Part shown: positions 1 through 8,022 of the stretch, piece after piece | Numbering within the stretch: the first letter of the stretch is position 1 | How the letters are laid out: each line of letters begins with the position of its first letter | Virus record (IMG/VR): IMGVR_UViG_3300033273_000437 | Location: 1-57,898 of that record | DNA length: 57,898 bases | DNA from: a virus | Taxonomy: Duplodnaviria; Caudoviricetes | Strand: one strand, 5' to 3' | Notes under the pieces: model-generated | Seen by the model: the letters and a program-made list of their open reading frames with translations, nothing else | Told to the model about the DNA's origin: nothing | The model's database searches: none | Translations under genes and position numbers: made by a program

Positions 1-1677
1 CGTCTTTATGCAATAGAAGTCAATGGTACGGTTCTAACTGGGTATACAGACTTAGACCCTGCTAACATTGACAGCCTCGTAGACTCCCCCACTAATTACG
101 GCACTGATACAGGCGCTGGTGGTGAGGTGAGGGGGAATTATTGCACGTTGAATCCGCTGGACCTTACTACATCTACTACGACATTCTCTAACGGAAATTT
201 AGATATTACGTCAACGGGTCAGTCTAAAGCTCTTGCGTCGTTTACTCCTCCGAGCGGTAAATGGTATGCAGAAGTCACATTGGGTTCTATCGTTGTTAAC
301 TCTTGGATTGGCTTGTATGGAACAGCAGCTTCAAGTGCTGCATCCTGCATTTACGGAATTAACGGTCATGGGTTTTACTCCACAGGGTTCGGCTCCACGA
401 CGAGTGGAGTTTCAGGATCAGGAGTTGCAGGAGACGTAATCGGTTTAGCACTTGATATTGACGCTGGAACATTAGAGTATTATAAAAATGGAGTATCTTT
501 AGGCACGGTCAGTAATATAACTTTTCCGGAAAGTTGGGCCATTGGTATGAACTGCAACGCATCTATTACCAATGCCTGGTCGTGGAACTTCGGCCAACGC
601 CCCTGGGCTTATCCATCAAGCGTTCCCAGCGGCTACAAAGCACTCTGCACGCAGAACCTCCCCACCCCAGTAGTCGCACAGCCTTCTACGGTGATGGATG
701 TTGCAACTGATACTGGTGCAAATATCCTCACTGCTACTAAAGCACTATGTGGAGGTAATGCAAACTTCCTGTGGATTAAAGATCGTGCCAATAACTCCAC
801 AAATCATCACTTGATTGATGTTCTTCGTGATCCTCAGTTAGATGGAACACCGTTCCTTGCTTCTAACAGCACAGATGATGAGACAACGCTTGGTAGTTAT
901 TCAGCCCCATCTGGCAGTAGCGTTGGTTGGGGCTGGTACGCCGGAGACACCACTGCTACTTACGGTCCTGTCGGCTCTGGTGCCGATAACGAAAGCGCAC
1001 TATACAGCATCACTTCTAGTGTGAGGGCTAATCCGTCTGCGGGGTTCTCGATTGTTAGTTATACCGGCAACGGTTCTACAGGTTCTGTTGGACATGGGTT
1101 AAATGCTACACCTCAGTGGATTGTCGTTAAAAACAGGACAAGTGCCGCTCATTGGTATGTTGACCATGTTGGACTATCTAGTGGCAAAGCACTAAATTTA
1201 AGCTCCACTGAGGCGGAATTTACGCCTGGAACTGCAGGTATTACGGCTCGTTCGAGCACTACATTTTCACTTGGAAGTTCTCGAAACGAAACTAATGCTT
1301 CAGGTAATAATTACATCGCCTACTGCTTTGCACCTGTCGAAGGCTATAGCGCGTTTGGTTCGTACACCGGCAATGGGTCATCTGATGGTCCGTTTGTGTA
1401 TACCGGGTTTAGGCCGAGGTGGATTTTAATAAAAGCAACTAGCGTTACTGGCTCTTGGGCTATTTGGGATACATCAAGAGATTCCTACAACGTTATGGAT
1501 AGCGTTTTATTTCCAAATTTAAGCAATGCCGAAACCTCCGCCAGCACTGTTTATGTTGATGCACTCAGCAATGGGTTTAAATTAAAAAATACTAATACTG
1601 CCTTAAATCAAAGCAGTAAATCTTACATATATGCCTGTTTTAGTGAGCACCCCTTCAAAACCGCCCGCGCACGCTAA
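1..1677 (+). CDS. Tail fibre / receptor-binding protein, C-terminal part (SPRY-like plus repeated SYTGNG modules); 5' truncated
   Basis: Frame 1 is open from base 1 (RLYAIEVNG...DSPTNYG...RGNYCTLNPL). SGKWYAEV, GDVIGLALD and YTGNG..GHGL / GFRPRW motifs are typical of marine phage fibres. Confidence 0.8.
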   Translation, partial: RLYAIEVNGTVLTGYTDLDPANIDSLVDSPTNYGTDTGAGGEVRGNYCTLNPLDLTTSTTTFSNGNLDITSTGQSKALASFTPPSGKWYAEVTLGSIVVNSWIGLYGTAASSAASCIYGINGHGFYSTGFGSTTSGVSGSGVAGDVIGLALDIDAGTLEYYKNGVSLGTVSNITFPESWAIGMNCNASITNAWSWNFGQRPWAYPSSVPSGYKALCTQNLPTPVVAQPSTVMDVATDTGANILTATKALCGGNANFLWIKDRANNSTNHHLIDVLRDPQLDGTPFLASNSTDDETTLGSYSAPSGSSVGWGWYAGDTTATYGPVGSGADNESALYSITSSVRANPSAGFSIVSYTGNGSTGSVGHGLNATPQWIVVKNRTSAAHWYVDHVGLSSGKALNLSSTEAEFTPGTAGITARSSTTFSLGSSRNETNASGNNYIAYCFAPVEGYSAFGSYTGNGSSDGPFVYTGFRPRWILIKATSVTGSWAIWDTSRDSYNVMDSVLFPNLSNAETSASTVYVDALSNGFKLKNTNTALNQSSKSYIYACFSEHPFKTARAR

Positions 1678-1790
1678 CACCATTAGTGAACAAGTCTTCT
1701 GGGTTGACTTGAACTATTTGGAGACCCCGGAAGGTTGCCCCAAGCCAATACGTCTCTACTCGCTAAAATCTAGTTATCCGGATCTGTAAA

Positions 1791-2357
1791 ATGCTTGTTT
1801 TAGACGGTAAGCCTTTACGCTACGACAAAGGTTTTGTCCATAACGGGGTCCAGTACCCACCCAACTGGCTTCGTTGTGTTTCTTGGGAAGAGAAAGCCGC
1901 TATCGGTATTGAAGAAGTCCCTGACCCCCCAACTTGGGACCAGCGATTTGCGTGGGGTTATCTCGAAGATGGTTCCCTAAACTACAAGGACCACGAGCAG
2001 CTCAAGGAAACTTGGACATCTCAAGTCAAGCAAACAGCTGCCTCCTTACTCGCCCCCACGGATTGGTACATCATCCGCCGCGCCGACTCCGGTGACGCTG
2101 TCCCTCAAGAAGTCCTTGATGCTAGGGCTGAAATCAGGGAGTACAGCAATAGGATGGAAGTGGCAATCGGGGCAACTCAGGATTCTGCTGAACTAGCCGC
2201 CTATGTAACCAGCCCGATGTTTAATGTCTGGAGTTTCGAGCAAGAACTAGCTGTTAACCCACCTGTCGAGACTGATCTGTTTTCCGGTGAAGACACGATC
2301 CAATTCACAGGAGGTGTTACTTCCGCTGGCGTAACTACTGATTCAGTTTTCCTCTGA
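1791..2357 (+). CDS. Tail fibre-associated protein / fibre assembly chaperone
   Basis: QYPPNWL...DQRF and LLAPTDWYIIR motifs; directly follows the fibre gene. Confidence 0.6.
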   Translation: MLVLDGKPLRYDKGFVHNGVQYPPNWLRCVSWEEKAAIGIEEVPDPPTWDQRFAWGYLEDGSLNYKDHEQLKETWTSQVKQTAASLLAPTDWYIIRRADSGDAVPQEVLDARAEIREYSNRMEVAIGATQDSAELAAYVTSPMFNVWSFEQELAVNPPVETDLFSGEDTIQFTGGVTSAGVTTDSVFL

Positions 2358-2789
2358 TCAGCTCACGCTGGAGTTAGCAACGGCCACAACTGTGATCCTG
2401 GTCCCGCTCTCAACGTAATACGCCAATAAATCAACTGCGCTGGCTGTCTGTGTGGCATTGAGAGCGGTTCCACCAGCGAAGTTCCAGTAACTCCCCCAGG
2501 TAAGAGAATAAGGAGTACCCGCACTTTGTGTGATTGTGATCACACCGCTTTGACCTGCGGTTAGGTTGGTGGGATTGGCTATTTGTGTACCCTCAGTGAG
2601 AGTAAGACTGAAATTATTAGCGTTTGCAAAGTTAGGAGTCACTACCCCGGAGCTAGAGCTAAGGGCTTCGGGGGTCCCACGTTGGGCCTTTGTATAACTT
2701 TGAGTAGTATTAGTGGCTGCTAGGTTGTCGACCGTAACTGTCTTGTTGCTGGTCGTAATTTGATCGACCTTGACTGTTCCGTATGCCAT
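2358..2789 (-). CDS. Virion structural / fibre-like protein
   Basis: NNFSLTL..NPTN..GQSGVITITQ..W motif; T/S/G rich. Confidence 0.6.
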   Translation of the reverse strand: MAYGTVKVDQITTSNKTVTVDNLAATNTTQSYTKAQRGTPEALSSSSGVVTPNFANANNFSLTLTEGTQIANPTNLTAGQSGVITITQSAGTPYSLTWGSYWNFAGGTALNATQTASAVDLLAYYVESGTRITVVAVANSSVS

Positions 2790-3109
2790 CAGAGATTACT
2801 CACTGTCCAGGTGGAGTTTGCAGGTACCTCAACGGTGTATCCGTTGGCAATCTCCACATCGCCAATAGATAACCCATTGTATCCAGAGGTCATATTCACA
2901 TTTGAATCAATGACTTGTTTGGACTGGAGGATGGGACCAGAGATACCTCCACCCCCAATCTCAACAATCGAGGCAACACCACTCACCTCCTTGCGGGTGT
3001 AAAGCCGCCCATCGGTCGTGTTGATTGCCAACTCGCCCAGGGAGAGCTGCGATGTGGTGGGGACTTTCCCCCCGACTGCACTTCGCTTTATGCGAATGGT
3101 GTTTGCCAT
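2789..3109 (-). CDS. Fibre-like protein with Mtd/hyaluronidase-type N-terminal anchor domain
   Basis: IRIKRS...P...L..GELAINTTDGRLY motif. Confidence 0.65.
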   Translation of the reverse strand: MANTIRIKRSAVGGKVPTTSQLSLGELAINTTDGRLYTRKEVSGVASIVEIGGGGISGPILQSKQVIDSNVNMTSGYNGLSIGDVEIANGYTVEVPANSTWTVSNL

Positions 3110-3112
3110 GAC

Positions 3113-4030
3113 TTAAAACGTGCCCCCGTCGAGAGTGACGTTATCGATGGTGTTGTTGGCACCAGTAATTGCCACGTTTGACATCACCCGAGATGCGTTC
3201 AGCACCTGAGTGTTGGCAATCATGAATGTGCCACTGTTGGTGATGTTGATCGCCTGGTTAAACGTCCACGCACTAGTGGCGCTGTACCAAGTGATCTCTT
3301 TGTTCGTGGCTCCAGCCAAGGTCAAGCCACCACCGTTGGCGGTGACGTCGGTCGGAGTAGCGGTGTCACCAAGCAGGAGGTTCTTGTCCTCCACTCGGAC
3401 CTCTGTCGAGGACAGCGTTGTCAGGGTGCCATTAACGGTCAAGTCCCCTGTCACCACAAGGTCATTGCCGATGGTGACGTCGTTCGGCAGACCAACAGTG
3501 ATCGTGGTGCCAGTGTTGCTGACTTCCACTTCATTGGCAGTGCCCTGGACGGTCATCGACCCACCCAGGCTCAGGGTCGCACCATTAACCGTGATGTCGC
3601 TGTTGGACAGCGAGCTATTAGGGATGCCAGATAGTGCAACTTCACCAGTGGTGGTGTTGTAAGTGACGCCAGACCCAGTGGTAGCGCTAATTGCTGCTCG
3701 GGCGCGGGTGTCTGTGTAGTACAGGTTGTTGGCACCTTCGCCAACGTCATCGGTGTCCAGGCCAACAATCGTGGCTGCACTAAAGGTCAGCGTGCCGGTG
3801 AACGTCTTGTCACCTGCGATGGTCTGAGTGCCACCCAGGTTGGCGTAGGCACCAGCGCCTGCAATTGCGACCACACTGGTCGCCACACCAGAACCGTTAT
3901 CGCCATAGCCGTAGTACAGCGTGTTATCGCTGGCTACTTCGTTGTATGCAAGCTCACCACTCTTGAGCGATGTCGGTGCGCCTGCACTGCCGCTACTTGC
4001 GCGGCGTTTGATTTTAAAAGTTACTGCCAT
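3113..4030 (-). CDS. Tail fibre-like protein with Mtd-type N-terminus
   Basis: KIKRR...GELAYNE, NLYYTDTRARAAIS, GDLTVNGT and a terminal DGGTF motif. Confidence 0.7.
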   Translation of the reverse strand: MAVTFKIKRRASSGSAGAPTSLKSGELAYNEVASDNTLYYGYGDNGSGVATSVVAIAGAGAYANLGGTQTIAGDKTFTGTLTFSAATIVGLDTDDVGEGANNLYYTDTRARAAISATTGSGVTYNTTTGEVALSGIPNSSLSNSDITVNGATLSLGGSMTVQGTANEVEVSNTGTTITVGLPNDVTIGNDLVVTGDLTVNGTLTTLSSTEVRVEDKNLLLGDTATPTDVTANGGGLTLAGATNKEITWYSATSAWTFNQAINITNSGTFMIANTQVLNASRVMSNVAITGANNTIDNVTLDGGTF

Positions 4031-4320
4031 TAGAAGGCACCTCCATACAGGGTCAGATCATCATCTAGAACGTCAGTCGGCGTGAATACCGATCCGTTCC
4101 ATTCCAGAACTTTTCCTTGGTCCCCTGATGTCAGGGCATCAATTGCAGCGGTATCCATAAAAGAACTACCGGCAAATGAGGGGCCTTGCGGTCCCGTTGC
4201 CGCTACAGAAACAACATTCGTCGAAGGAGAACGTGTAACTGTAACTTGATTGTCGGTCTCTGTTACTCGAACAACGCTAGACAGCGCCGGAGTTACCTGA
4301 ACTTTCGCTTCGTTACTCAT
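4030..4320 (-). CDS. Small virion structural protein
   Basis: GPQGP linker, VLEWNG, C-terminal GGAF; start/stop coupled with neighbours. Confidence 0.55.
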   Translation of the reverse strand: MSNEAKVQVTPALSSVVRVTETDNQVTVTRSPSTNVVSVAATGPQGPSFAGSSFMDTAAIDALTSGDQGKVLEWNGSVFTPTDVLDDDLTLYGGAF

Positions 4321-4658
4321 TACACTCCAGTAAATCCAGGGTCAAACAGAGCCCTACCTTGCAGCAAATAGTACTTATCACCACCAGGCTCGGTGATCAT
4401 TACGTCGTACTGGCTCTCCTCAGTGATAGCAGCGGTTGTGGACGCAGCTAACTTAATCCTGAATTTGCCAATTGACTGATCAACCCAGCTCGTGATGAAA
4501 GTCGCAACTGTTGCAGTATTAAGGCGATTGACTAGCTTTCCTGCAACTGAGTAGCCAGCCATATTCACACCATTACCGTTGGAATCCTTGTACTGGAGAT
4601 CCAGTGAGAAGGTTGCCCCTTGGTGAATAGTAATGTCGTAATTACCCGGCTCAATCAC
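4320..4658 (-). CDS. Beta-sandwich virion/baseplate adaptor protein
   Basis: YDITIHQGATF...YDVMI...LLQG motif, common in phage fibre adaptors. Confidence 0.6.
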   Translation of the reverse strand: MIEPGNYDITIHQGATFSLDLQYKDSNGNGVNMAGYSVAGKLVNRLNTATVATFITSWVDQSIGKFRIKLAASTTAAITEESQYDVMITEPGGDKYYLLQGRALFDPGFTGV

Positions 4659-4734
4659 AGTTATAAAAGCCAGTCTTCGTATTCAGTTTAAGATATCTGA
4701 TCGATTATATTGGGTAAAAGAGCACTTTCATAGC

Positions 4735-5016
4735 GTGGAACCTGTACTTCCGCTGAGCTTAGTGCTCAGTGTCGTGGGTGGGGCTGCTTCGGCATTCCTA
4801 ACACTTGGACGCAAATTCGAGACTATTGATCAAAAGCATCAAAACCACATCCATCTAGTAGATCAACGTATGGATGCAATTGAGTTGCGTCTGGCAAAGG
4901 ATTACGTTGACAAGGAAGATTTGGGAATGATCCTTAAGCGTTTGGATGACCGCATCGACAGGATGGACTATAAGTTGGATCAAATTCTTATTGGGTACAA
5001 TAAAAACGCAAAGTAG
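4735..5016 (+). CDS. Membrane-anchored coiled-coil protein of the lysis region
   Basis: N-terminal hydrophobic helix, then RLAKDYV..ED...RMDYKLD coiled coil. Confidence 0.55.
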   Translation: MEPVLPLSLVLSVVGGAASAFLTLGRKFETIDQKHQNHIHLVDQRMDAIELRLAKDYVDKEDLGMILKRLDDRIDRMDYKLDQILIGYNKNAK

Positions 5017-5028
5017 TTTTTACTTGTC

Positions 5029-5181
5029 ATGGGTATCGTTGAATCCCCAATTTTCTGGGTAGTGCTTGCTGCCGTGTCGGAGATTCTGGCGCTGATTCCT
5101 AACGAGAAGCTGAAATCCAACTCTATTTTTCAACTGCTTGTTGCTGGACTGAACGCTGTCCTGAAGGATCGAAAAAAGTAA
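5029..5181 (+). CDS. Holin-like 50-aa membrane protein (not in the ORF track)
   Basis: MGIVESPIFWVVLAAVSEILALIPNEKLKSNSIFQLLVAGLNAVLKDRKK*; hydrophobic; upstream of the endolysin. Confidence 0.65.
   Translation: MGIVESPIFWVVLAAVSEILALIPNEKLKSNSIFQLLVAGLNAVLKDRKK
5172..5178 (+). other. -1 ribosomal frameshift heptamer A_AAA_AAG
   Basis: CGA AAA AAG TAA ends the holin-like ORF; the -1 frame is open from here to 5459. Confidence 0.6.
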
Positions 5182-5249
5182 ATTGGCCTCCGGATGGTGA
5201 GATCCTATGGTCTTATCACTCACGATCCGTCTGGGAAGATATTCGCCGG

Positions 5250-5459
5250 ATGATTCGTGCTCAGAAGTTTTATAAGACTCTTCCGTCCAAGATTAAGCGG
5301 GCCGAACAGGAATGGCTTGACAGCCAGCCAACACCCAATACACCCAAAGCTCGGTTTATTGAGCATCCCCCTGATGGTTCAGAGGCTCAACAACTTTTGG
5401 GTGGTGCCCTGCAAGCTAAATATGAATTTTTAGACGATGACAACCTTCCCGGCGGGTAA
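5250..5459 (+). CDS. Hypothetical; probably the -1 frame extension of the holin-like ORF
   Basis: Frame is open from the slippery site through ATG 5250 to the stop at 5459. Confidence 0.55.
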   Translation: MIRAQKFYKTLPSKIKRAEQEWLDSQPTPNTPKARFIEHPPDGSEAQQLLGGALQAKYEFLDDDNLPGG

Positions 5460-6606
5460 GCTCGCTGACTTTTTCCGTTTTTACGACCCAAGCAACAAAC
5501 AGCATGTTGCGGCAGTCCTTAGGCTTCAAGATGACCTTGAAGAGACGGACCCCAGGCTTGTCTGTGATGATGCGGAATGGGTGAAGCTTTTTCGCACGCC
5601 CCTAGAGCAGCAGCCAGTCTCGGAGAAAGTTGATAACAGCTGGGGAGGTATCGTCACAGCTGCTCGTAACGCAGGGGCTAAGTTTCCTGAACTACTGGCC
5701 GCTCAGTGGGCACTTGAGAGCGGTTTTGGTAAGTACCCCTCAGGCACATGGAATTACTGGGGAGTCAAAGGCGGTGGACGCCGTCCGGAAATTACCTGTA
5801 CTCGTAAAGAAACTACTGAGTACATCAATGGTGAATGGATTACGACTTGCGCTTGGTTTAAGAACTTCGCCAGCATTGAAGAAGGGGCAAGCTACGTCGT
5901 AAACCGTTGGTACAAAGATTTTGAGCGCCACAAGGGTGTTAATCGGGCAAACAGCCGCGATCAGGCAGCGCACCTTCTTGTAGAAGAAGGGTACGCAACT
6001 GACCCTAAATATGCTGACAAGCTTATTGACCTTATGGATCAATATAGTCAGCCGCTATCTGCTCAAGATGGTTTAAGCGTTGAGTTACAGGTTCCTTATT
6101 TATCTCAGATTGATTCGGACACAGATCAAGGATTTCGCATGTGCTTCGCTAGCTCCTGCGCTATGGCCCTCGATTATTTGTGCCCTGGTGTCCTTAAAGG
6201 TCATAAGGATGATTTCTACCTTGAGAGGGTAAACGAATACGGCGATACGACCGATCCTTATGCCCAGCTTTACGCTTTAGAAAGTTTTGGACTTGAAGCT
6301 AATTTCCGTCAAGACTTAACGCTCGCCGATGTTAAAGATCAGTTGACCAAGGGATACCCAGTTCCAATTGGAGTACTTCATCAAGGCCCTAGTTCAGCAC
6401 CGGTTGGTGGTGGACATTGGATTACTCTTGTTGGTTTTGACGAAGATGGCTTAATCGTCAACGATCCCAATGGCGAGATGGATGTGCTCAACGGTTCATA
6501 CGTTAATCACACCAATGGTGACCACATCAGGTATTCCTATCAAAACCTTTTGCCACGCTGGTGTGTTGAAGGTGAGGGTTCTGGATGGGGAATTATTATC
6601 AAGTAA
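5437..6606 (+). CDS. Endolysin: glucosaminidase (GH73-like) domain plus C39-like cysteine peptidase domain
   Basis: AQWALESGFG, NYWGVK, GYATDPKYA; then VPYLSQ, CFASSCAM, GHWITLVG, NDP. Confidence 0.85.
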   Translation: MTTFPAGKLADFFRFYDPSNKQHVAAVLRLQDDLEETDPRLVCDDAEWVKLFRTPLEQQPVSEKVDNSWGGIVTAARNAGAKFPELLAAQWALESGFGKYPSGTWNYWGVKGGGRRPEITCTRKETTEYINGEWITTCAWFKNFASIEEGASYVVNRWYKDFERHKGVNRANSRDQAAHLLVEEGYATDPKYADKLIDLMDQYSQPLSAQDGLSVELQVPYLSQIDSDTDQGFRMCFASSCAMALDYLCPGVLKGHKDDFYLERVNEYGDTTDPYAQLYALESFGLEANFRQDLTLADVKDQLTKGYPVPIGVLHQGPSSAPVGGGHWITLVGFDEDGLIVNDPNGEMDVLNGSYVNHTNGDHIRYSYQNLLPRWCVEGEGSGWGIIIK

Positions 6607-6608
6607 TC

Positions 6609-6779
6609 ATGGCACTACTAATTGCCTGGACCTTGTCCTGTAGTCAGTATCGAGGCGCTATTCAACGTCTATACGCTGATCCTTATTTCCAACAGCCTCA
6701 ATATCATCAGCAAAGACGAGAACTACATGAGTTCTTCAAATCCAAGACTTGGCCCGAATGCCTAGAGGTAGAAGCTTAG
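6609..6779 (+). CDS. Small hypothetical protein, possibly lysis accessory
   Basis: MALLIAWTLSC..., directly after the endolysin. Confidence 0.4.
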   Translation: MALLIAWTLSCSQYRGAIQRLYADPYFQQPQYHQQRRELHEFFKSKTWPECLEVEA

Positions 6780-6786
6780 TAAATCG

Positions 6787-6939
6787 ATGGCTAAAAGTAT
6801 TTCCGGTATTAACTTTGTAAAAGGGGCTCCTAAACGCACTCGTATAGGTGACGGACGAAGAGTCCGGTCGCACACAGCCACTGGCCGGACTAAACGTTCG
6901 AGCAACCGTAAGGTCTATCGAGGTCAAGGAAAGCGTTAG
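6787..6939 (+). CDS. Small basic 50-aa protein ending YRGQGKR (not in the ORF track)
   Basis: MAKSISGINFVKGAPKRTRIGDG...RKVYRGQGKR*; resembles recurrent marine-phage basic peptides. Confidence 0.6.
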   Translation: MAKSISGINFVKGAPKRTRIGDGRRVRSHTATGRTKRSSNRKVYRGQGKR

Positions 6940-7133
6940 CTTTCATCCTTAAACCGCTTCCATCCAGTTGCAAGCGCATAGATCTCTGGGTTGGCCTCTA
7001 GTGGAGCCATCTCAGAGAATCCACGTTTCCAACCATGGGACTTCATTACCTCTTCCACTTCGTCTCGAATCTCATTGAGATCGTCGAGAGTACCAGTAAA
7101 GCGGAATCTAACGTACTTAACCTTTTCACCCAT
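6936..7133 (-). CDS. Hypothetical protein
   Basis: MGEKVKYVRFRF...; start overlaps the end of the upstream gene. Confidence 0.5.
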   Translation of the reverse strand: MGEKVKYVRFRFTGTLDDLNEIRDEVEEVMKSHGWKRGFSEMAPLEANPEIYALATGWKRFKDES

Positions 7134-7470
7134 GGCGCACGATGTCTTTGCCGTAAATTTCTTTATGCAGCTCAATAGCTGTGTCTAGGCTCTGACGAGC
7201 TTTCACCAGATCAGCTAACTGCTGCTCCGGATTACCCTTGTGTTTGTGTGGGTAACGACTCACATATTTTACAGCGTTTATTGTTACGAACTGAAGCAAT
7301 CCTTCAGCGCCATACATAGTCTTCGCGACATCGTATGGAGATACGCCTTTTTTGTAGTGTGCAGGATTGGCTACTTTATCCTGCTCAAAAGAGAGGCCCG
7401 TAACCAAAAGGTCCGGGCTCTCCATACCATCTTGGGGAATAAACATTTGAGTGCCACATTTGACACTCAA
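7126..7470 (-). CDS. DUF3310 / SaV-like phage protein
   Basis: NPAHY...NAVKYVSRY.HK...DL.KA motif. Confidence 0.7.
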   Translation of the reverse strand: MSVKCGTQMFIPQDGMESPDLLVTGLSFEQDKVANPAHYKKGVSPYDVAKTMYGAEGLLQFVTINAVKYVSRYPHKHKGNPEQQLADLVKARQSLDTAIELHKEIYGKDIVRHG

Positions 7471-7479
7471 ACTTACCTA

Positions 7480-7599
7480 TTACTTAGCCGAGTTTTTACG
7501 CTCGTACACGACGCCTCTGTAGCAGAGGGAGACGTGCTGAGCGGCTTTAATCCGCTCTTCGCGGACTTGCTTACGGCGGATCAATTCGAGAACGTTCAT
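7480..7599 (-). CDS. DUF4278-type 39-aa peptide
   Basis: MNVLELIRRKQ...LCYRGVVYE; L-x-YRGV-x-Y signature; preceded by the riboswitch. Confidence 0.75.
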   Translation of the reverse strand: MNVLELIRRKQVREERIKAAQHVSLCYRGVVYERKNSAK

Positions 7600-7618
7600 G
7601 GTTAGTACCAACAGAGTA

Positions 7619-7667
7619 TTCGCCCCCGTTGCATGGCGAACACGGACTGCAGCCTCTCGGCCCAACG
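7619..7667 (-). ncRNA. Glutamine-II (Downstream-peptide) riboswitch
   Basis: Minus strand CGTTG-GGCC GAGA GGCT-GCAGTCCGTG-TTCGCC-ATG-CAACG-GG-GGCGAA: P1 CGTTG/CAACG, GNRA-capped P2, TTCGCC/GGCGAA pseudoknot; 20 nt from the DUF4278 ATG. Confidence 0.8.
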
Positions 7668-7674
7668 TGTCCTC

Positions 7675-7694
7675 ATATTAGTAGCAATTAATAC
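7675..7694 (-). promoter_or_regulatory. NtcA box abutting a -10 element
   Basis: GTA-N8-TAC at 7681-7694 (GTAGCAATTAATAC), immediately upstream of TAATAT (7675-7680, minus strand). Confidence 0.65.
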
Positions 7695-7804
7695 TGTTTG
7701 CCTCAATACACAACGCTGCCTAGTATTCCGAGGCCTACAGCAGCACTTGTAAATTCTCTTGTAAAGTCTCATTAAGACCCTTTCTCCTGCAACGACAGGA
7801 ACAC

Positions 7805-7848
7805 GCATGGCATGCAGGGGGTCAGGAGTTCGAGTCTCCTTGGCTCCA
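7805..7848 (+). mobile_element. attP core: 3' half of tRNA-Ala(GGC)
   Basis: GCATGGCATGC anticodon arm, AGGAG TTCGAGT CTCCT T-arm, TGGCTCCA acceptor 3' strand; no 5' half; adjacent to the integrase. Confidence 0.85.
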
Positions 7849-7875
7849 TTTTCAAATCCACTGCGTTGCAAAGGA

Positions 7876-7912
7876 TCTCGGGGACACCATCAGGTGACTC
7901 CGGGATTTTTTC
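7876..7912 (+). terminator. Intrinsic terminator after the tRNA fragment
   Basis: ATCTCGGGGACACC-ATCA-GGTGACTCCGGGAT hairpin followed by a T-run. Confidence 0.55.
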
Positions 7913-8022
7913 TGTCTTGCGTGAGATAGGGGCATCCTGAAGAGGATAGAGGCTGCAACTGAGATCTATTGCGCTGCAGGCAATCTCATCCTACTTTGGA
8001 CACTCTGATGCCTTGTAAACAA

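Noticed and set aside
1-4658. Diversity-generating retroelement or invertible fibre switch
   Set aside because: Mtd-like N-termini are present, but I see no reverse transcriptase, TR/VR pair, invertase or flanking inverted repeats in this window.
5020-5223. Minus-strand 67-aa ORF
   Set aside because: Antisense to the more plausible holin-like ORF in the plus-strand lysis operon.
7805-7848. Functional tRNA-Ala gene
   Set aside because: The 5' acceptor strand and D-arm are missing; better explained as attP.
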